In this document: positions 58,228 through 64,000 of the stretch, in pieces | Position numbering within the stretch: position 1 is the stretch's first letter | Layout: every line of letters starts with the position of its first letter | From: Phycisphaerales bacterium | GTDB lineage: Bacteria; Planctomycetota; Phycisphaerae; Phycisphaerales; UBA1924 | Assembly (NCBI GenBank): GCA_029260345.1 | Contig: JAJDDK010000007.1 | Location: 126,226-190,225 of the forward strand | Length of the DNA stretch: 64,000 nucleotides | Direction of reading: 5' to 3' | Notes under the pieces: model-generated | Told to the model about the DNA's origin: nothing | Database searches by the model: none | The model's input: only the letters and a program-made list of their open reading frames with translations | Position numbers and translations under genes: made by a program

Positions 58228-58469
58228 GTTCCATCCTCCATCGTCATAGGACCATTTCTGGCCGACGTGTTGCTCACTGCACGCACCGGCAACAAGCCCC
58301 TTGCGCACAGCGAAATCGTGAGCAACGCCAACGACACCTCCTGCCGAAGCAGGTGAGGGTTTCCCGAACTCTCAGTTGCGGCGTTGACGTGTTTCTTCAA
58401 CCGCTTGGCGATGGCAGGCCCCCGCCCAACATCGCCAGCCCAATTGTCATAGATAAAGACTGTGTGAAG

Positions 58470-58500
58470 CAATAAAAAAACCGGCCAAAATTGGCCGGTT
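58470..58500 (-). terminator. Rho-independent terminator of rpsR
   Basis: 9-bp stem 'aaccggcca/tggccggtt' followed on the minus transcript by a U9 run (A9 on + at 58472..58480). Confidence 0.55.
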
Positions 58501-58547
58501 CGTAAAAATACCTATGAGAATCTAGGCAAAGACGGATGTGATTGGTG

Positions 58548-58790
58548 TCACATCGTCGCTGAGGTATACGGCAGAAGCCCCATGTAGCGGGCTCGCTTGA
58601 CGGCCTGCGCCACCATGCGCTGCTCGCGTGCGGAAAGACCCAAACGCTTGCGGGCGTAGATCTTCCCGTTCGGGCTCATCATGCGGCGGAGGGCGTCAGC
58701 GTCCTTCCAATCCACAAACAGCTTGCCCTTGGCGCTTTTCTGAGTGACGCTCGCGCCGGAACTGGCGCCAAATCGATTAAAACGACTCAT
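58548..58790 (-). CDS. rpsR: 30S ribosomal protein S18
   Basis: 'KDADALRRMMSPNGKIYARKRLGLSAREQRMVAQAVKRARYMGLLPY' matches the S18 core. Start ATG 58790. The upstream 63 codons of the track ORF are leader. Confidence 0.85.
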   Translation of the reverse strand: MSRFNRFGASSGASVTQKSAKGKLFVDWKDADALRRMMSPNGKIYARKRLGLSAREQRMVAQAVKRARYMGLLPYTSATM

Positions 58791-58941
58791 GGAATCACAA
58801 CCTCCGATGATTGCATCGAGACCACTGCGGCCCCGGAATCGAGCCGAGGAGTGTATCCGAGGATTCCAGCCGCGCCAAGCGGGCGCTGGAGGAGTGATAC
58901 GGATCATTCTTGGGCCGGGTGGCGTGGTATGGCCCGAGTCC

Positions 58942-59040
58942 GGGTGCCGTGGTACGGCGGCTGAAAGCCGCAGTGCCACGAATAGTCGCTAGTTCACAGT
59001 TCAACCGTGGCACTGCCCTTCGGGCCGTACCACGGCGCCC
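58942..59040. other. Highly structured ~100-nt intergenic element (multi-stem with UUCG and GAAA-type loops) between polyprenyl synthase and rpsR
   Basis: 14-bp closing stem (58942..58955 with 59026..59039). Inner hairpins 'cggc-tgaaa-gccg', a 10-bp stem 'cagtgccacg/cgtggcactg' with a 25-nt loop, and 'ccc-ttcg-ggg'. The strand of the functional transcript is unresolved. Confidence 0.3.
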
Positions 59041-59069
59041 TGCTCAAGATCATCTTTCAGTGTCTTTCC

Positions 59070-60134
59070 TCACCGATCGCGGCTGAGGACGGCGTCCGCC
59101 AAGTCTTCGAGCAACAACCGAGCATCGCCCGGCGGCAGCGTCTGGAGCCGCTCCTTCGCTTCGCTGACCGCTCGCTGGGCGGTCTGGGCGGCGTACGCAA
59201 TTGATCCAGTGGTTTCGAGGGCGAGCCGCACCTCGTGACGCACGTCGGTGAGTTCCGCCACGACCGTCGGCCCATCTGGGCGGCCGTCCGACTCCGCCGC
59301 AATCTCGCCGCGCCACAAACCAGCCAGCAGATTCAGCGATTCGCGCCGCCGGCCCGCATCCGCCACCGCAAGGTGATGAATCAGCGGCAGCGTCAGTTTG
59401 CCCTTCTCAAGATCTTTCCCGAGCGACTTTCCAACCACGCGCTCCACACCCAACAGATCCAGCAAATCATCCTGAATCTGGAACGCGACGCCGATGCGCA
59501 CGCCAAAGTCGTACATCGCACGCTGCAACTCGAGCGAAGCGCCGCTGAACGCCGCCCCCTGCTCGCACGCGACGCCGATGAGTGAAGCCGTCTTGCGCTC
59601 GATGATCTCGAAATACGTCTCTTCGTCGAGGTCACGATCCTGCCGGTGGTGCAATTGCAGCAATTCACCTTCGCAGACTCGGGTTGTGATCTCGCCGATG
59701 CGCATCGCCACGCGCTGATCGTTCAGCGATGAGCACAAATGAAACGCCGACGAAATCAGGTAATCCCCGAGAATCACCGCCGCTTCGTTGCCGCGCAGCT
59801 TGCTGATCGTCGGCCGCTGGCGGCGTACTTCCGCCTCATCAAGCACATCGTCATGCACCAGCGTCGCGACGTGGATCATCTCGACCACAGCGCCCAGCGT
59901 GACATGCTCGTCCCGCGGCGGCTCATCACCATTGGCCGCCATGCCGACCAGCATCGTCAGCGAAGGTCGCAGCATCTTGCCGCGATACCGCTCGACGCGC
60001 GCGCACAATTCACGCACGGATTCGAGGTCCGATTCGATTTGTTCACTGAAGCGCCGCTCGACCTGCGCCAGACTCGATGCGAGCACACCGACGACCGCGC
60101 CGTGCCGTTCGCCGAACTCGTCAAGCCAGCTCAT
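59070..60134 (-). CDS. Polyprenyl diphosphate synthase (IspB/HepT-like trans-prenyltransferase)
   Basis: First DDxxD 'LVHDDVLDEAEVRR' and second 'FQIQDDLLD'. 'GKxxGxDLxxGKxTLP' motif. Confidence 0.85.
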   Translation of the reverse strand: MSWLDEFGERHGAVVGVLASSLAQVERRFSEQIESDLESVRELCARVERYRGKMLRPSLTMLVGMAANGDEPPRDEHVTLGAVVEMIHVATLVHDDVLDEAEVRRQRPTISKLRGNEAAVILGDYLISSAFHLCSSLNDQRVAMRIGEITTRVCEGELLQLHHRQDRDLDEETYFEIIERKTASLIGVACEQGAAFSGASLELQRAMYDFGVRIGVAFQIQDDLLDLLGVERVVGKSLGKDLEKGKLTLPLIHHLAVADAGRRRESLNLLAGLWRGEIAAESDGRPDGPTVVAELTDVRHEVRLALETTGSIAYAAQTAQRAVSEAKERLQTLPPGDARLLLEDLADAVLSRDR

Positions 60135-60228
60135 GTGATTCCTGATCCTTGGCCAAATGGCGCCGTCGCGGGGCGGCGCGTGCTTGACCGAAAGGATAGG
60201 CGATAGCGGCAGATTCGGCAGCCGCGGC

Positions 60229-61095
60229 TTACTTCACGGCGATCAGGTAGGCGATCCAGCCCGCGTCCGCTTCTCCACATTCAACGCGTTCAAACTCGCC
60301 GTTGCCGTCACCCTCTTCATCCGTTCCTTCCCACCAGATCTGGACGTCCTTGAAGCCGGCTTCGAAGAGGATGTCCTTCAGTTCTGGCAGGCTCCACAGA
60401 CGCCAGACATAGCTGAACGCCTTCTTGATTTTGGATCGGTCCGGAAACTTGAAGTGGATATAGCACTGCATCCGGTGCGTAATGGGATCAAACTCCGCCT
60501 GATCCCAAATGTAGGTGAAGCCATCGCACTCGCGCTCTTCTTCGATGACCTGATGCGCCTCGTACCCGCCGTAGGCGTCGAGGAACAGCAACCCGTCATC
60601 CGCGAGCACTTCGCGAAGCTGCTTGAAGTACGCAAGCATCTTCGCCCGCTCCTGAAACAGCCAGTAGCTGAAGTTCATGGCGAGAACCGCGTCAACCGGT
60701 TCGGTCTGGACGGTGAACACGTCCTCTTCGATGAGGCGCACGCGCTGCTGCTCCTTGTCGGAAAGCTTGGCGAGATTGTGTTCGCGTCCCCAGCCGAGCA
60801 CTTCGGGATCGATGTCCACGCCAATGGCGCTTCGATTCTTGCCGCTCTCGACCCAGGCGCATGCCATCTGTGCGGTGCCGCAGAAGTCTTCGCGGATCAG
60901 TCCGAGCTCGCGCCCGCGAATCTCGCGAAATTTCTCGGCAATGAACACGACTTCATCTTCAACACTCTGCACTGAGCGTTGGTAGAGATCGTGCCGATCA
61001 GCCGTTTCGGCGATCTTGGGCTTCTTGCCGCCGCGAGCCTTTTCGAGCTTCATTCGTCGCTTGGATGCGCCTTTGTTCTTCGTCGCTGTTGCCAT
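60229..61095 (-). CDS. Class I SAM-dependent methyltransferase (unknown substrate)
   Basis: ATG 61095 ('MATATKNK…'). 'AIGVDIDPEVL' motif-I/II-like. The N-terminal 117 codons of the track ORF are Arg-rich and unlikely to be coding. Confidence 0.55.
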   Translation of the reverse strand: MATATKNKGASKRRMKLEKARGGKKPKIAETADRHDLYQRSVQSVEDEVVFIAEKFREIRGRELGLIREDFCGTAQMACAWVESGKNRSAIGVDIDPEVLGWGREHNLAKLSDKEQQRVRLIEEDVFTVQTEPVDAVLAMNFSYWLFQERAKMLAYFKQLREVLADDGLLFLDAYGGYEAHQVIEEERECDGFTYIWDQAEFDPITHRMQCYIHFKFPDRSKIKKAFSYVWRLWSLPELKDILFEAGFKDVQIWWEGTDEEGDGNGEFERVECGEADAGWIAYLIAVK

Positions 61096-61158
61096 ATCCG
61101 GAGTGTATGAAGTGCGAGCGGGACGTGCGCCGATGAACAGAGTGAAAAGCGCTGACCC

Positions 61159-61944
61159 ATGACCACACTCACACAACCCGCCGCACCGCCGATCGCCTGG
61201 ACTGAACCGGTCCCCGGCGCCCGCCTCGCCTGTGCGGACTGGTTCGTCGCGGCTCAAGCCATCGAACGCGGCTCGATCGATCTCGTGTACGTCGATCCGC
61301 CTTACAACACCGGCCGCGTAAGGACAGACCGCGCCGGCGCGTTTGACGACGCATGGCCGACGATGGATGACTACATCGATTGGCTCCGCGTGCGGCTGGG
61401 GGTCACGATCCCCCTCCTCCGCGACACCGGCTCCATCCTGCTTCACCTTGATGCGCGGGCTTCACATCTGGCCCGGATCGTACTTGACGATCTGCTCGGC
61501 GCTGAGTGCTTTGTGAATCATCTCATCTGGTCGTATGGACTTGGCGGCTCATCAGCGCGGCGTTTCGCGCGCAAGCATGATGACATCCTCTTCTATTGCA
61601 TCGACCCGGAGAAGTATTGGTTTGAACCACCCCTCGTGCCCGCCACAAGCCGTCGTCTTTCCGGGCAAATGAAGAAAGCGACGGACGTCCTCGACATTCC
61701 CGCCATCAACAACATGGCGAAGGAACGCGTCGGTTGGCCGACGCAGAAGCCCCTTGCGCTCCTTGATCTTCTGGTCCGTGCGTGTTGCCCGGAGGGCGGC
61801 GTGGTCCTTGATCCGTGCCTTGGGTCCGGTACGACCATCGTCGCGGCAATCAGCGCCTCGCGTGACACCATCGGCGTCGATCGCAATGCAGAGGCCGTCA
61901 AACTGGCCTCCTCACGCCTTTTTTCATTGACTGGTTCCCCGTAA
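61159..61944 (+). CDS. DNA methyltransferase, N4/N6 beta-class (DPPY motif), apparent orphan
   Basis: 'IDLVYVDPPYNTG' (motif IV) precedes 'VLDPCLGSGTTIVAA' (motif I), which is the beta-class order. No restriction endonuclease candidate nearby. Confidence 0.8.
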   Translation: MTTLTQPAAPPIAWTEPVPGARLACADWFVAAQAIERGSIDLVYVDPPYNTGRVRTDRAGAFDDAWPTMDDYIDWLRVRLGVTIPLLRDTGSILLHLDARASHLARIVLDDLLGAECFVNHLIWSYGLGGSSARRFARKHDDILFYCIDPEKYWFEPPLVPATSRRLSGQMKKATDVLDIPAINNMAKERVGWPTQKPLALLDLLVRACCPEGGVVLDPCLGSGTTIVAAISASRDTIGVDRNAEAVKLASSRLFSLTGSP

Positions 61945-61999
61945 TCAATCAGAATTATGTGCTTTTCCGCGCGGTGATTGCCGCACATTTGAACCTGAG

Positions 62000-63583
62000 A
62001 TGGAGTGGAACATGCCCCGATTTGAAGCCGCCATCGGCCGCGCCGATTCCCTGTCCCCGTGGTCGTTGCTGGCGCTTTTCGGCGTCGCTGTTTCCGTCGG
62101 GTCAATTGCAACGGCGGATGAGCCGCACCCGGATGACCTCGTCCCGTTCTGCATCGTCGGCCACGGCCTTGAAGGCGGCGGCGGAGTCGGCCCGCTCCCA
62201 ATCACCAATACATTCCTCGAATCGGAAATGAATGACACGCTCGAAACGGCGCAAGTCGTCCTCGCGAACAAGGACGAACGCACCGCCGTGGACGGCGCCA
62301 TTCAGTCCGCGGGCGATGTGGATTTCTATTCGTTCTCGCTTGAGCGAGGCGACGTGGTGCAGTTCTACGTTGAATCACTGTCGCCGGACCATTCCGTCGA
62401 ACTCAAGCTTTACGACGCGAAGGACAACGTCGTCCTCACCGCGCGCACGGATGTGCTCGCAGCGCCCGTGTTTGTCGCGCCCAATGCGCCGTTCATTACA
62501 TCGCCCGGCGACGACGTTGCCGACCTCAGCGCTTCACTGATCTGGGTCGTGCAGGAAACGCGCGATGTGGTGATTCGTGTTGCGTCCGATGATGAGTTTG
62601 GATCGGAAGAGACCGGCGACTACCGCATCAACGTCACGCCCGTACGTTCCCCAATTGAAAGCGCCCCTCCGGGAACCGCGCTCACCGTCTTCCTCGATTT
62701 CGACGGCGCCATGATCACGATGGGAGACATTTACAACCCGGCGCCAGGCCCGGACCCGATCTCACCACTGGCAGACTTCCTTCCCGCCTGGGGTCTCGAA
62801 GCCAGCGACGAAGACGCCGTCATTGACGCCATTATCGCGCAGATTCAGTTGCGCATTGACGACCTCGAACGCCTCAACCCGAACTTTGCCTACAACCTGA
62901 CCAACAGCCGCGACCACGCGGACACGTTCGGCGAGCCGTGGACGACGCGCCTCATCATCGGCGGCACGCGCGATGAGCTCGGCATCAGCGTCATCGGCAT
63001 CGCAGAGTCCATTGACGTGGGAGACTTCGCGCCGAATCAGACTGCATTCCTCCTGCTCGACATCATCAGCAGCGAGACCAGCAGCAACTCGGTGAACAAC
63101 ATCCCACGCGCCGAAGGCTTCTCCATCATCGATGCGATCGGCCAGGCCGTCGGCATCACCGCGTCGCACGAACTCGGCCACAACATTGGCGGCGTGCACA
63201 CCAGTAACTCAAACACCACGCGCTCCGTCATGGACGCCGGCGGCGGCAACATCCCGCTCAATCTCTACGGAGTCGGCCCCGACGGCGAGTTCGGCACCGA
63301 AGATGACGAAGTCATTTTGTTTTCAAATGATGAGTACATCGGCAGCGGTCCGAACTCCTCACTCGAGGGCTTCGAACCGACGAACTACGTCGCCGCGATC
63401 GCTTTTGGTTCGCCCACCGGGTGCGCGGCTGATTTGAACGGCGATGGCTTCGTCAACGGCACGGACCTCGCATCGCTCCTCGCAAATTGGGGGCCGGCCA
63501 AGGGCGGCGCGGACTTTAACGGGGATGGCATGGTCAACGGAGCCGACTTGGCCGCCCTGCTTTCTGTGTGGGGCGACTGCTGA
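62000..63583 (+). CDS. Secreted metzincin-type zinc metalloprotease (HExxHxxGxxH) with PPC-like domain and C-terminal dockerin-like domain
   Basis: 'HELGHNIGGVH'. 'DVDFYSFSLERGDVV' pre-peptidase-C-like. Ends 'DLNGDGFVNGTDLASLLANWG…DFNGDGMVNGADLAALLSVWGDC'. Confidence 0.7.
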   Translation: MEWNMPRFEAAIGRADSLSPWSLLALFGVAVSVGSIATADEPHPDDLVPFCIVGHGLEGGGGVGPLPITNTFLESEMNDTLETAQVVLANKDERTAVDGAIQSAGDVDFYSFSLERGDVVQFYVESLSPDHSVELKLYDAKDNVVLTARTDVLAAPVFVAPNAPFITSPGDDVADLSASLIWVVQETRDVVIRVASDDEFGSEETGDYRINVTPVRSPIESAPPGTALTVFLDFDGAMITMGDIYNPAPGPDPISPLADFLPAWGLEASDEDAVIDAIIAQIQLRIDDLERLNPNFAYNLTNSRDHADTFGEPWTTRLIIGGTRDELGISVIGIAESIDVGDFAPNQTAFLLLDIISSETSSNSVNNIPRAEGFSIIDAIGQAVGITASHELGHNIGGVHTSNSNTTRSVMDAGGGNIPLNLYGVGPDGEFGTEDDEVILFSNDEYIGSGPNSSLEGFEPTNYVAAIAFGSPTGCAADLNGDGFVNGTDLASLLANWGPAKGGADFNGDGMVNGADLAALLSVWGDC

Positions 63584-63736
63584 TCGTCATTGAGCGGTGA
63601 TTTTGGCGTCAACGACTGGCGCTGTCGATAATTTGGGATGAAGATCGCTCTTCCAAGACTTAGACTCTGGAGCGTGCGATTGACATGCGATGGGGCGGTG
63701 TCGCTTCACATCTGAATAAAGACACGGAGAATACCG

Positions 63737-64000
63737 ATGGCGTTCAGAGCAGCCAGGATTCTTTTGCTGATGCGCGTATTCATGGTCGCTCTTGTGGGCG
63801 GCGTCGGCGGGCTTTCCGCCGCCGCAGATCCGTTGCATTATTTCTATTTCGATGAGCAGCGTCCGATTGAATTGAATCCGGAACTCGTTGCGATTCACCT
63901 CAACGGAACGACCGTTGCAGAATTCATGCAAGATCCGGCCGAAGGCGTCGCCGTTGAGACCGTTCGCGCTCACGCGATTGGATCATGGGCAATCGTGACG
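63737..64000 (+). CDS. Partial CDS (5' end only), secreted protein of unknown function
   Basis: Open frame runs to the window edge from ATG 63737, 'MAFRAARILLLMRVFMVALVGGVGGLSAAADP…'. Signal-peptide-like. Not in the ORF track because there is no stop. Confidence 0.3.
   Translation, partial: MAFRAARILLLMRVFMVALVGGVGGLSAAADPLHYFYFDEQRPIELNPELVAIHLNGTTVAEFMQDPAEGVAVETVRAHAIGSWAIVT

Noticed and set aside
60157-60975. 272-aa + ORF opposite the SAM-methyltransferase
   Set aside because: It overlaps the minus-strand methyltransferase, which has recognisable SAM-binding motifs and better GC3 periodicity. Treated as an antisense artefact.
63587-63973. 128-aa minus ORF at the window end
   Set aside because: It overlaps a + frame with a signal-peptide-like start (63737) that remains open to the window edge. 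The minus frame has no recognisable features.

Overview
High-GC (~62–65%) bacterial chromosomal segment. Its gene content fits Planctomycetota (Phycisphaerae-like): Ser/Thr kinases with the 'MxPERxxQIxxxF' N-terminus, a Rhodopirellula-type ECF sigma factor, an exosortase/PEP-CTERM locus, and many secreted proteins ending in a dockerin-like tandem Ca-binding motif. The window has three thematic blocks. (i) 2–38 kb holds secreted or surface proteins, at least 10 carrying the C-terminal 'DxNGDGxVNGxDLAxLLAxWG(S/G/D)C' dockerin-like tail. These include three tandem paralogs of an unknown Cys-rich family, two tandem animal-type heme peroxidases, two zinc metalloproteases and several beta-propeller/repeat proteins. 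Interspersed in this block are housekeeping genes (psuG, tRNA-Val, lpxI, ilvA, accBC, pepP, an iron/B12-type ABC importer, a flotillin-like gene) and signalling genes (an ECF sigma factor translationally coupled to a Ser/Thr kinase, a second kinase fused to a beta-propeller, a STAS-like protein). (ii) 38–44 kb holds metal-binding and signalling genes (a protein with three YHS/TRASH domains, an EVE domain protein, a PP2C phosphatase, an HD-GYP phosphodiesterase) and lipA. (iii) 44–58 kb is an exopolysaccharide/exosortase locus: a Wza-like export lipoprotein, an XrtA-like exosortase, EpsI, a 1520-aa TPR protein, a Wzz/BY-kinase-like protein with a degenerate Walker A, a WecA/MraY-family transferase and a PEP-CTERM ('PAP' variant) target protein. 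It is followed by rpsR, a polyprenyl synthase, two methyltransferases and a metzincin. No CRISPR arrays, transposases or integrases were seen. Non-coding features worth attention are a G/W/N/F-repeat disordered protein, a 45-bp in-frame tandem repeat, a palindromic 8-mer array and a ~100-nt tetraloop-rich structured element upstream of rpsR. All product calls are from motif and family recognition by eye. No database searches were run.
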